64,000 nucleotides of DNA, taken from the NCBI GenBank assembly GCA_977016875.1, contig CDRNST010000123.1:3906001-3970000 (forward strand), in the 5' to 3' direction. Under the pieces are notes generated by a model that searched no databases, was not told the DNA's origin, and saw only the letters and a program-made list of their open reading frames with translations. This DNA is from Pavona decussata (Eukaryota). Of the stretch, positions 1 through 13,900 are shown piece by piece. The stretch's first letter is position 1. Every line of letters starts with the position of its first letter. The position numbers were made by a program, and so were the translations under genes.

Positions 1-521
1 TTCCTAGTCTGCTTCTCCTTTAGTTCCACATCACGACATTTTCCACGGATTTTTTTTCCTTTCTTCCTGCTAAATGCATGTTATCCGGGCAGCGGTTTAA
101 GTTGTTCCTACATAAGGACAACTTGCATATGTGTCAAAGTGGGGTAATACCACAAAGCTAAGTTTAAAATATACGTTGAGTTATACGCCAAACAGTGCAC
201 AGACTTGCTATTTTGTCGCTCTTGGCAGATCTGGCAATTAACATTCTCCTGCTTTTACCATATTACAAGCGAATAAATTTACCGCAGAATAACATATATT
301 TTTTTATTTAATAATTTCCATTCTTGTTTCTGTTCATCGTGCACCCTGAATGTCAAATCGATTCTTGAACAAAAACGAAAAATTCCTAGTCTGCCTTTCC
401 TTTAGTTCCATTTCATAAAGTTTGTCTTGGGATTTTTTTCGTTTATTTTCCTGCTAAACGTGCATGTTATCGGTGCAGGTGTAACTTGTTCCTACATAAG
501 GACAACTTGCATATGTGTCAA
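1..521. repeat. Diverged direct repeat of about 140 bp (1-138 and 383-521)
   Basis: TTCCTAGTCTGC...TTGTTCCTACATAAGGACAACTTGCATATGTGTCAAA occurs twice. Confidence 0.8.
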
Positions 522-549
522 ATTAGACTGAATAATTTATTTAATGTCA

Positions 550-720
550 ACAGAGCCGTTTTCAATTGAATGTCGTAAAACCAAAACCAAAGTAATTACT
601 CTGGCCAATCACGACAGATGTAAACAACACAACGAGCCAATCAGAACTCGAAGCAAATACATGTAACTGGCCCCAAGCGCGGAAAACTCGTGCGGCGAAA
701 ACTCGATAGGTTTTGGCTTA
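550..720 (+). repeat. Interspersed repeat fragment with a second copy at about 58950-59625
   Basis: Shared AAAACCA(A)AGTAATTACTCTGGCC.ATCAC...AGAACTCGAA.GCAAAT...CAAGCG.GG.AAA. Confidence 0.6.
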
Positions 721-1153
721 TGTTAAAAGTGCTTGACAACAATCCAGGTCGAATTGGAACTTGCAAATGTTGAGAATTGCGTCAACGGGGCCGTACGGGT
801 AATAAATCGCGATTACGTAGCTATCAGCGATAATTGAGAGACCTTTAAATCTTTAGTGAGGCATTGAGTCTAAGTATGATTTCACTCTAAACAGAAGAGA
901 AAGAGGTCAGAAAAGATACTTGTGTAACACACGATAGAGCAGTTTTCCAATGAACGTAACCATCAGCTTTAATTTTGTTTTATGTTCTGATAGAGCGCTT
1001 TTCAACTAACTGTCCAAAGTAATTCACGCTTGCTTTGGTATTGCTTTACTTGTAACGCATGCGCACTACGGGAGCTGCAAAATGTATACTGAAGGGTCCC
1101 TCACACCAACACCAGTAAAAATTCAAAATGACTCAAATATTAAATATGTCAAC

Positions 1154-4100
1154 CTTTAGAAGTTGCTCCTTGTTTCTCGTGACTTCATCTTGAACTCTTG
1201 TTGTCTCTTCTTTCTTCCACTGATCACGTTCTTTCTCCAATTCCTCTGTGTACTGCTTCTCAAGAGATGACCGCAGTTCATCCACTAATCTGGCTTCACT
1301 CTGTAAAAACACATCATATCACATATCTAATGACTGCCATAAAGCTACCTTCGTCAAGATTTCCCCTTTAAACACAGCGTCGTGATAAATACAGCTGCTC
1401 TAAGACTCCCCTTCACACAAAAAAAATTGATCAGCTTGAACCTGAAAATACAGAAGTGTTCAAGATGCTGGGAAAAGTCGCTTTCAGTGGGATTAAAGAA
1501 GGAAGACTGATCTTTGAATCAAGTGAAGTTACTAGACTGGAAGATTATGGGCTGCAAACGCTCAGTAATCACTCTGATTGGCTGTTACAACAAATGCAAA
1601 CAACAATACAACAATCAGGATTTGTGGTAAAACAATGCAACTGTACAGCTCGTTTCTGGTCCTTCTTTTTCATGCAACATTACTATTACATCTGACGACA
1701 AAAACTGGCGATAAAAAGGAACGACGTTTCGACCTCTCTAAGGTCATTTCCAAGTTATAAGAGAGTGATTGAAAGTTAACGTTTAATTTTTCCTACATAT
1801 GCTAATTTTCAATCGCTTTCTTACAACTTGAAAATGACCTCAGAGAGGTCGAAACATCGTTCCTTTTTCTCGCTTGTTTTTATCGTCAAATACCTATCGA
1901 AGAAACTTCTTATAAGATTAATATTACACCAAGGAATGTGACCTTGATGTTTCAGTGCAAATACTTTCAGAACCACGTGTACACATGACCCTGGACTTGA
2001 CAAAAGTCCGTTTGTTAAAACTTTGACCCCAAATGTCAAAGAACAAATTCTCCTATCTTGTCCCCATACTTTTCTTATAAAAATACTCAGGAGAAGTTAT
2101 TAAACTATCAAGAAAATTCACCTTGGGTGATCATATCCTTAATTCCCATGACCTCGGGGGTTGAATAAGCATTGTTATTATAAGAAGAAATTTTATGCTG
2201 TTAGGTCATGGATCATGAGCAACAAAGTTGTTAAACACAAGCTACAAAGGTGCAAGAAGTCTGCCTGGGCTGTTCAAACTACTTTCCCTCAATTGGTAAA
2301 TTCTCACCTCAGACAGAAGCATTTGTTTCTCCTTATCAAACTCTTCTGTTAACCTCTGTTCCAAGCCACGACTCTCTTCACTCAGCTGAACATAGCATTC
2401 CTTTATCCTGATCAACTCTTCGCTGTTTTCTTCCAATTCTTTCCTGCAAAAAAGTACTGTCTTCTTAGACGTTTTCAGTCATTCCAGTTATTTTAGCTTA
2501 GCCAGTTTTGTCTTCCTTTTTACCCAGGACGATCCTGAAAACAACGCTTGCGTGAGATTGCCTACAGGTGAGAGGCAATTACACTGTAGTGTATCATTTT
2601 GCTTTTGAACGGTAATAATGCTGAAACATAATTATAGTTGTACTACAGAGATAAAGCAACCATTTCAAGATAAGCTGTACACGGTTGCACCCTGTCACAT
2701 GAGCCTGTAAAGTTTACACAATTACCATAAAGGCATTAAAATAAAGACAAAACTATGTCTACATCTTTAAAAATCCTCAAACAGATCAAATCAGAAAGCA
2801 CTATAATTCCAAACAATGCAGACTTTTCATGACGAAAAACAAATACTACAACAACAGCACAGTCAGGTGAGACTCCAAGTGACACATGTTGATACTCTTT
2901 CATGTATAATATGCAGCCACCAGGGTAGCACGGAAGGTGCAGTGGTGAGAGCACTCTCTTCCCACCAATTTGGCCCGGGTTCGATTCCCGGACTCGGCGT
3001 CATATGTGGGTTGACTTTGCCATTGCTTCTTGTCCTTCTCTGAGATGTCTACTCCAGGTTCTCTGGTTTTCCCCTCTCCTTAAAAACCAGCCTTTCCAAT
3101 TTCTAATTCGATCTGGAATCTGAGGGCTACAGGTTTGTTAGTCATAACAGACTGTCAAATGTCACCATCGTTAAAACAACAAAGTTGATTATTTTTAGAA
3201 AATGAAACAACTGAACTTTTCCCAGAGTATTGACTTGCGAGAATGAGTCACACATACTTTAAATTTTGCACTATCTGCTGATGTTCCTGGTTCAGTTGAT
3301 CTCTTAACAAGTTCTTGGAATCTTCATGAAGCTGAAGGCATGCTTCTCTGCATCTAAGAAAAAAAGACAAGTTAAAAGTCTTTAAAACACCTAAACCATC
3401 ATGGACAGGGATTTGATTGAGTTTATTTATCAGGGCCTGGTTGTTCAAAGAGTGGATAACTCTATCCAGTGGATAAATCTCTATCCAGCGGATAAAATGT
3501 ACTCCAACCAATACATTTTATCCGCTGGATAGAGTAATCCACTCTTTGAACAACCGGGACCAGCTGTGGAAATCAACTTAGGGAAATATGTTATGAATTT
3601 TAGTAAGTTACTTTTCTATGCTGATTCTTTTGTCTTCATCAAATTCTGCAACCATCTGAAATTAAAATATAAAACAAATCAAGTACGTTTTCAAACAAAT
3701 AAAATTTATTGACCTTACACCACAGGTTGAATACATAGGATAAAATACCACTAAATTACCAGCAAGCAATGAAAGGAAATCTCCACTCCTGAAAGATATA
3801 TTATTGACATAAAATTGTTTGAAATATTTTCTTTGGAAAACACAGATAAATGCTTCATATAAGAGTAACCGGGAAATTATTATAATATTATAATTTCTTG
3901 TCCACATTTGCTTTTAGTTTTCGTGAGTGTTGCTGTTCAATTTATTGTTCCCTACAAAAGAATCTTTGTTTTTGTTTTTTCATGTGTCATATAATATACC
4001 AAAATGACAGCCCATACAGCAACCAGTGTAATATTAATTTTATAAAGAGAAATTAAGTGATACTCCTCTCAATTTTCTTTGTAAACTGAAATGTCCTCTC

Positions 4101-4814
4101 CACTTGTTGTCAGAATTTAAATTTCATTTCAAACTACTTGATATAACAGTGGAGGTTCCGCCAAATAGCCAGAAGAACATGTACACAAGAACAATCTTTC
4201 CTACACCTGTACATGTGTTTGGGGTGCATGTAAACACCAAAACTCTTTTACCTGAGCCATCTGTTGTTTCAGTTCGGCACAGGTTTCTGATAATTCTTCT
4301 CTTTGTTTAAGAGCTTCGTCAAGATCACTAGCAGACTCCTTCAATTAACAAAAGAATAATACTCATAAATTATATGAAGCTATATTTTACTCCATGCCAA
4401 ATTATACAACCCAAACTTATAGCCCAGTGATGGAGTCCCAAGTTTTTGCAAAATTCACAGAAAATTCACATTTGATAATACATGTAGTAAGCTTTTCAGA
4501 TCTTATCCAAGGCATTTCTTTAGCATCCGCAAGCTTGTTTTAACTTCTGGCTAAGAGACCAAAGCAATATGCAATGTGTCTCAATGAAACTCTCAGATAA
4601 ATAATAATATAGAATAATTACTATTCAAACTATTAATTTGTGTAAAAATCATCAAATTTTCAATTGACACTGAGGTGTATTACATGTATGCTTGCAAGGA
4701 GGACAGGTAAAAAAAATGCCACCCCCTGTATTAAAAATTCAACTCATCCAAATGACCTGTAATGACTGTATGTACACTTCAAAAGAGAAATGCTTGAACA
4801 AGCTACATATACTA

Positions 4815-4901
<87 letters not shown>

Positions 4902-7900
4902 GTTTATTAACAGATCCACTGGGTGGCTCTTCCCTGTTAAATTACAATAATTACAATTACAAAATAAATCAAATTAAATTAAATTAAGTTATTTACAAAT
5001 TATACAGCAAAAACAGGATTAACGGAAACCAATTACAGTAAAACTAACTAATGGCTTTGTACTCTGCTTCTTAAAAAATTCCTTGAGAGTCTTAAAAAGT
5101 AGTATTACTATATAGTATTACTATATAAAATGAAGAACCTGTAAGTTTCTCCTTGCCATGTCCAAATCTTTCAGGGCTTTTTGATGTTCTTCATCTGAAA
5201 TGAAAATAAGTGAAATTCTGTAGGAAGGGAGAGGTGGAAATATTAGGGATCAAGTGGGGGGGAATGGACAGACAAAGAGAAGGAAGGAGGGGAGAGAATA
5301 AGAGAGGGTCAAAGAGGTATGGATAAAAGGAGGAAAAGACAGAGGGGAGAGAGGAGTAGAGTGAGACTAGAAGGAAATTAGAAAGAGATGGAAAAAGGAT
5401 GGAGAGTGTGAGGATAGAGAGAGAAATGGATGGAACAAGTTTAATTCCATGGATATTCCATGGATATGCCATAGAAGAACACAAGAATGCTGAACTGTGC
5501 GCACAACACAATCATTACCTGGGTCCTTCTTGTCATTTTCCATTTCTTGGATCTTTTTCTGAAGTTCTTGAGATTTCAACTTGTTTTATGATTAAGAGGA
5601 AGAAAACTATTAAGAAAACATGCTAAACAATATCGGGTACCGTATACAAAGAGAATTTCCTGCCCTCTTAAGGAAAACCAAGTGCTCACTCTTCCTCCAG
5701 CTTAACTACTAACAATCCTGGGAAAAAATCTTGGCCCATCAAGAGGGGCTTTGTTCCCCCACCCCTCCCCCTGACAATGTTGAGCCCATGGGCATACATG
5801 TAGAAGTCAACTTACAAAATTGATTTGTGGGGAGGGAAGAGGCAATCTTGTACAAAACAACATAAGCATCATTTTATGTGAGGACTGGTTGAATGTTCGT
5901 GTTTTGTTTGAAAGTTTAAGCTTTGCCCCTAGAATGTTTGTTCAGGATTGAAGCCATTTAGGAAACGTATGGTAGAGCGTGTCTGTATAACAATATGACA
6001 CAAGAAAAAAATTGCCTGTTTTCTCTCTGCAAGATACACTGTAACTCTACCTCATGTTCCTGAGCAATCATCTCCATTCTCTGTGCATTTGTTTCTTGTT
6101 TGTTTAGTTGATCTTTTAAACTGCTCAACTCTTTCTCCAGATTCTGTACTTGCTCTCTTTTCACCTTGTTACTAATCAAGCATTGCTCCAGTTCTTTCCT
6201 TAACTCACTGACTGTTTCTTCCAAGGGCATTTTACTGAGAAAAACAAACAACAGTAGAGAAAACTTCAAGGGTTTGAGGTTTCAAGCATTCTTAATAAAA
6301 AAATTATTTGCATGTGAAAAGATTAGCCTGCTTAGGCCTAACTGTGTAGGCTAGTTTCAGTTGAATACAAAGTTAGAATACAAATACGGCCTATTTGTCA
6401 ATTATCTTGATTAAATACAATTAATATTTCAAGACTTACTCAGATTTTGGAGTACTCCAGTTTTCTTTGTTCAGGTTTCTCACGGTGAGATGAGCAAAGG
6501 AGCTGTTGTCATGGATGTTAGATCCTACCCCTACACCAAGCCTGCTGGCACTCTCATACATCTTGACCTGCTCTTGAAGCTCTGTCAGCTCATGCTATAA
6601 AGAACAATATTTTTAGTCAAACGAGAAAAGTTTCATGAACTTAATTTACTTGCAAACCAAGGCTGTGCTCTAAGGAAAATTTCAGGGAGCCCTTCAGGCT
6701 CCCAAGTGTTTTAGCTGGGATGCCCAGGCCTCCTAGTTGGTCGCCCAAATTAATAAATCAGTCAGTTAATTATTAAAAATTAAACAAACTGTTTTTGTAA
6801 CAAGTCAAATAGAACTATGTGCATTTATTAATTGTTTTTATGTTCATGAAACATCATATCCTTTGACCTCTTGAAAGCCTATCATCACTTATAGTCAAAT
6901 ATTATTTAATTCACACTGTCTTATAGAAGCAGTGCAAAACATTTTTTCAAAAATGAATAGTACACATATACCAAAGATAATCTGATAAACCTAAAACTGT
7001 CTCATTGAAGTTCAATTCAAAGCATCATACAAGCTTTGCAAAACACTATTTCGTTTGAACTCTGTATACTTAATTCTTTAGAAATTCTCAACGACAGTGT
7101 TTAAATTGGAATTACAAATTACAAACTACGGTAGATCAATACTGTCAACAATTCCCCTTTATGTGGGAGTCCAAGAGTTTAAACAAGGCAGCAAGATCTT
7201 CATCCACTTTTTCTTCAACAAAACATTGCCGCTTTACTGCTCTGATGATCAGTGAATTCGTTAATTTTAAGCCGAAGCGTGCGAAAAAAAACCCTGCATG
7301 TTGTCATATGATCCCCATCAAAGTTTTCGTACCATGAGAAACAATGGCAAAGCCGCCGAATTTTTCATGTTTTTTAATGGAAAAGTAAGATTAAGGTCTG
7401 TTTAGGTAATTTTTATACAAATGTTTTGGTCAAAAATAAGAAAACTATTCTTTTTACTAATCATTTAGGTTGAAAAGATAATTCGTTTGCGACAAATGAC
7501 TGAGATCCCGTGGCGGCTTTCCAGGGAAAGCTGCCATGAATTTCTGCAACGAAACCCGCGGCCGTCCCAAAACTGTTATCTTTTTGAATAAGTCGTCTTG
7601 TCGGAAAGTCATCGTTTAAGAGCAGAACAGAATCATTTTCTTTCCTATGTTATCGGTGAAATGTTCAGGACAAATGAGCTTTTTGTGGATTCGGTCGATT
7701 TTATTTTTAGTGCGTGATACGTAATAACTTGTCACGACACCAAGGACAATGCGGGACTTATAGAGTTTACAACAATCAAAAAATAAATGTATCTTTTCTT
7801 TTTTATACATCGTGTTTTGCTGGAAAAACAATCTTAAGTTATGTTTTACCCTCACAGACACGGCAGTAAAAAGCCTGCTAAAATATTACATTTATTTAGC

Positions 7901-10900
7901 ATAAAAGAGTGACTCCCGTGTTTATTCAGCGATTTATTAATCGCCGACCGTACTTTACGCCTATCAGAGCAGAAGTAACAACTTCTTTTGAAAAACTAGC
8001 TGATGAGCCATCCCAATTTAAAGGAAAAATTTTAATGCTATTGGAATAGCCGTTAAAATCGAAAACTGTGCAGCTAGTCAAGTTCGAAGTCAAGGATTAT
8101 GCTACATGTGAACTCACGTGGAACAACCTTTGAACATCAACCCGCGCCCGACTGAACAACATTTTCTTTTAAAAGAGCGACTCTCGTGTTCATTTAGCGA
8201 TTTATTAATCGCTGACCATACTTTAAGCCTGTCAGAGCAGAAGTAACAAATTCCTTTTGAAAAACTAACCAACGAGTCATCCTAATTTAAAGGAAAAATT
8301 ATAATGCTACAGTCAACTCTCTCGTAAGCGACCACCCTTGGTGCACGACAAAGTGGTCGCTTACGGGAGGTGGTCGCTCACGGGAAAGATCAATAAAATA
8401 AGCCTAATGCTGGACTGATAAATTAATTACCTAAAAATATTACCCTAGCAGCTAAAATTAGGCAAATAGAAACTAATTTATTTGATTTTTTCACGTCTAT
8501 TCATTCTTCTGACGAAACTTTGTGTAACATTTTGGAACAGATCACTGTAACATTTCCCATTTACCTACAGATCTAATTATAGTAATCTTCTCTGTCTGTA
8601 AACTGTCAGTTGTCCGGGGTAGCGTCATTAAAAATTGAACTTTTGTTGCTTCTGAGTAATTATGTACTCAGATCATACGCGAATATTTCGGGTGGTCGCT
8701 TACCGGAAACGGAAAACAAAAGAATATGTCAAATTTCTGGCCTAAAAAGTGGTTGCGGTCCCTTAGAAATTTGAGTGGTGGTCGCTTACGAGAGAGCTCT
8801 TGAAACAGTATTTAACTGAGAAACAAAACGGTTGTTTACGAAGTGGTCGCTTACGGGAGGTGGTCGCTTACGAGAAGTGGTCGCTTTGAGAGAGTTGACT
8901 GTATTTGGAAAGCGGTTAAAATCGAAAACTGTGCAGCTTGTCACGATCAAAGTCAATGATTATGTTACACGTGAATTCACGTGGAACGACCTTTGAATAT
9001 CAATGCGCGCCCGATTGAACAAATTACGTATTACGTACAAATTAAAAGGAAATTACCAACTAACCTTTAGTGAAATGCACTGTCCTTCAGCAACATTCCT
9101 AGCAGAAGTGCTTTCTTGAAGAGCCATCCGCAACTGGTTAATTTCTGACATGGTCCCTACACATACAACAAAGTGCAGAGAGCAATTAAAAACTCTCATA
9201 AAACAAACACATCATCCAGGACTAAAAGAATGTGCTGCATACCTGACTTGAGAATTTCTTGACACTGCCTCTGACTGGAATCCAGGCTCTTAGTAAGTGA
9301 GTTTATCATGTCTGCCTTCTCAACAAGTTCATCCCTCAGCTGATTAGCTTCTTCGTGCTAGCAAAGTACATAATATACATCTATAACAGAGTAACCAGCT
9401 AAGCCTTCTCACAAATGATCTGTACAAGTAGGCAACACAATAGACTACAAGGATTCAGGATCAGGTTCATTTAACAGTACAAAAGAACATAGAAAAGATT
9501 GCTGATTAAATCAGCAATCTTTTCTATGCTCTTTTGTAACATATACCAGAGGTTTCATTAGAAGCCGGCAACCTGCCAATTCTGGCGGCTACAGTGTACT
9601 CTCTATATCAGCGCCACCTACTTTTAACTTATGGTTTGAAGGGTTTTTCAAGGTTTTCTTGAAAAAATTAAACAAACTCAATTGTCAATAAAGTTTTTTC
9701 TTTGATATTTCATCATATTTTTTGGTTGTTGGATAATTGCATGTTATGTTTTAACAATGTTATGAGCAAGTTGTGTCGACGTTCGCGATCGACTCTTCTC
9801 GCTGTTTGCTTTCCAGCAGGCTTGATAGCGAGAATGAATTGGAGACAAAGATGCCTTGATTACACGCTCTCCTTTCTTCAGTTTTCCATGTGCTTTCGTG
9901 CTTTGAGAAATATACTGTAAAGAATATGGCAGAGAGAAAGTGCACCTCAGGCAATGGAAATGAATTAGCATATTTTAGTAAAAGATCACAGCCGCTTACA
10001 GGTGCGGGTGAGTACGCATAATAAGTGTTTGGTTTTCATTCACATTGTCAATGTAAAGCCTTCAGTTCCCACAAAAGCCAATCGTGGTTCAATTGACATA
10101 AACTATGAATTGTGTGAATTTTACAGCTTTGACAAGGTCTAGTTGACAGACTGTCTTTTCCATTGTCAACAATTTTGGCAAACCTATAACAAAAAGAGTT
10201 TAATTCAATTTGAGCTTCGCTCAGTGACTGGCAGTTATTTTGGAAATATGGATCGGGATAAACCTTTGTGTTTGCACATTGTAAGTTACCAGTACTTAGC
10301 TTGCAACAACTTCCGGTTTACCACTTCAATACTCATGTAAAATTTAAAAACTGTTGTTGCTCCCATTAAGAAATCTACTGTACCATAGAGATTGTAATCA
10401 ATTTGGTGCCCAGAATGCTGGAAATGATCTGGAAAGAAGCATTTCCGAGCTTTCAGATTTTAAAATTTTCTGGGAGAGCATGACCCCAGAACCCCCTAGA
10501 GGAAAGGAGCCTTATGGCCCCTTTATTGTCTCCTCCGCCTACTTCAACTTTTATTGAAACGGCCCTGGCTTGAGCCTTTTTTTTTTCAAACTGGGCTATG
10601 GTGCAAAACCTATTACATGGGAACAATTCTTTTTGCAAGTTAATGGCAACTTCTATTCAACATGAAATGTTTTCAATGGACATGAAAGGCTTCATGGCAA
10701 TGACCTGTTATTCTTCACCTTGGCTGAGATTGGTTTTGTCACATCTGGTGAACTTTTTACCTCATCTTGACTAATAACATAAAATGTCATGACATTTTGC
10801 GGCACCTTACAGTCCCTTGATAAAACTGCTTCGTCTAGTTTCTGTTTCAGGGCCAGGACTTGTTCCTCATGCTTCTTCTTCATAGCATTCACAACACTTT

Positions 10901-13900
10901 CATGCTGCTCCTTTGCCCTTGTCAAGGACTCTGAACGACTTAATTCCACAAGCTGTTGGTTCAAGCTGTCTATTGTTGTCTCAGCAACGTGAAGTTTGCT
11001 GATCACCTGAAAAGATACAAAAATGTAAAACTTGTGGAGGTACATAATGTATATGCTAATGGGGCTGCCATTTTCATCAGTGCACTGCCTTAATTCTGAA
11101 TGCCCTAAGTCTTTCCCTCCCCTTCCTGCTCCTGTCTTTCCAGCTGATGCCCACCTCCTTGGACACATCCTCCCCAATCGTCCTTTTTTTCATAATTATT
11201 AAAGAGCTTAAGCAACGACAAAGGCGATGGCAATGACAACGCTGCAAAACAATAGCTGGCTTAATGAGCAAAAACAATATTGCTCTGCAGGTGCGTTTTA
11301 CATTTTGGTACATTTCTTTACCGTCCTCGTGAAATGACCAGATTTAAGGTTTTGAGGAGAAGGAGAATGCACGACAGTGAATTTTTCATTTTCTTTCTTA
11401 ACTTGTAACCACTCCTACCAACTTGGTTCCTGGATAGTTTGCCATTCTTGTAAAAGTTGAGCGGGTTGAAATAATTGTGAAGTAGCACAAATGAAATAAA
11501 GATAAATTTTCAGGTGATGTCTTTGTTGTCGTTGCTGTCGTCGTTGCTTAAGCTCCCTAATACAAGATGGCAGCTACACATTTTTATTGTCACACAGATA
11601 TACTCAGCCCTTGCTTAACCCAAAACACATCTGCACTGCAGGCTATGTGGCAAAAATTAAAGTGTGATTCAAGTGCATTCTTTTCAAAGTACAGTGTAAC
11701 TATGTTGTACATGAGAAAGATGAAATCCACTAACCTCTTCTTTACTTGCTTGTAATGCATTGATCTGTTGGAAAGAAGCTGCAAGTTGGCCCTTCAGCTT
11801 GTTTAATTCTGTACTGCATGTCTGTACCATCTTCTGTGACTGCTCTAGACTAGTAGACAATCCATCACGTTCATCTGAAAACAGTAAAACAAATTAGATC
11901 AGAATGTTCAGAAAACAAATTAAGATGACAGAGGAGAATGAATGATGGAGTACTGTATTGAGACAATGACTGGGCTTCACTGCCACCTGTTTTACTACAA
12001 AACTACATGTATAATTATGCTGTGGTTCAATTTTTTTTTGTTTAAAAACCCATAAACAAGTTTGATTTTTATTTCCCTTTGTGTCAGATAATGGTAATGA
12101 ACACTGCACAAAGCAGTCCAGTCAAAATTGTTTTAAATAGTAAGCAAGATGCATAGACCCCAAGTGACCCAAGTCAGGCGGGTCTGGCGCGCATTTGAAC
12201 GTTTAAACCCACTGACCCACTGCAACTGAGTAAGAACCCGTATTTGTGTTTAAGCTCTGAAATTTTGATAAAATCAGCCAATTCCTAAAAGAATCTTAAT
12301 TTTCATGCCATGATTCCTACAAATAACAAATAAATGGCTCATAAAACATGTTAAAACTACACGAATTGCACGAAATGGCCATTTTAGATACCCTAATTTT
12401 CAAAACTTTCTGGGGGGGGGGGGGGGGGCCTGCCCCCAGACCCCCTCAGAAGCTTGCACCTTTGGTGCTCGCTGCTTGCACCTGTGGCGCTCTTAACAAC
12501 ACATACTGTATGACCAGCATTTCGGGTTCTCAAACTTGGGGGCTATGAAGACGACTTGAGTAGTAGGCAACTTAGTAGATGCCTAGTATTAATTTTTGAG
12601 GCAAAGAATTAATTTTTGGTGTGAAACAGGCGACAAAATCGCCAGCTACCAGAACATTTTGAATGGGCTGACAAAGGAAAATATAAATTAAACTAGTTTG
12701 AAATATTTTAAACCAAAAAAATAATAATAATAATAACTTAAACCACAACATTCTCACAGTCCTGTAATCCCGTAGTTGACACAAGTATGAAAATATGATA
12801 TCTCCGGTTCTATTTGGGCTACAAAGACGCTTAAAATGGGAAAGAAAATACTCCATCTTTGATAGCAAAAGTTACAGTATGATCCAAACTATTACAATGC
12901 ACTGAGTGTGACAATGATATTTATTTGCAAGTGAAAACTGCATGAGTTGAAACAAGTGCTGGCAAGCGTTATGACACATTCTTTTGTTTTGTTTAGTGTC
13001 CTGGCTGGCCGTTGAGACAAATATGAAAATATGATATCTCAGGTTCTATTTGGGCTACACTCTACCTTTGAAGGCAAAATTTATGATCCTTTGTTAAGTC
13101 TATGATACTTTATTAAACCCTTCTGAAAGGCTTTTCTCAGGCTATTCAGAAGACCAATGAAAGATTAACAATTTGAAAACAATGAGCTAGCTCATACATA
13201 CTAATTATGCGTCTGAATAGACACACATCTGCAGATTTTTAGACGCGTATATGCGTCCACAGCAGACATGTTATACGCGTATGTTTTGGTTCGCTTAATT
13301 CTGGCCTCCACTGCACTATGTTTACATCTAGCCTTTAAAACAATAATTACCTATATCTGCAGCAACTACTTCATGACAACTTCACGTCGATTTACATGTG
13401 TACCCGCATTTTGTGGGTCGTTAAGTATTCATATATTCATGCTATTGTTTAGACTCATTGCCGATTCATCGGTGTTCACGTCGGATGTCACTCGGGAATG
13501 TAAGACAACTATAGAAATCAGAAGGCCCTTTGAGGAAATGTGTGACAATTTCCTTTTGTTTATCATCTGAGAACGAACAATAGCTCAGTTCGATTCCCAA
13601 AAAAAAACTTTTTAAAGCTGTCGGACTGCAACTTTGCTTTAATAATCTCTTACTTTTAAAGTTTATTTTATCCTTATGATCAAGCACGCGCTTATCGGAA
13701 CGATCTCGAATATCAAACGTAAACACGGCTGTTAATATCAAGAACTCAGTTACTCCGAACTCATGATCACCTCAGCGTTTGCAGCAATATAAAAAATCCA
13801 GGCTTCATTTGATTTATTTAAAGAAGAAAGTGAAATTCATCAAAAAACCTTTTTACTTTGTAGGGAATAACTTCAATAATTCAAAATCTAAACGAGAAGG

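Noticed and set aside
2922-2995. Functional tRNA gene
   Set aside because: Stems are imperfect and the sequence runs into a SINE body with no poly-T terminator
4692-4987. Poly-Ile and poly-Asn ORFs
   Set aside because: Translation artefacts of the intronic (AAT)n microsatellite
8325-8890. Spaced GTGGTCGCTTACG repeats that superficially resemble a CRISPR array
   Set aside because: Irregular spacing, inside a TIR-bounded MITE, eukaryotic context, no cas genes
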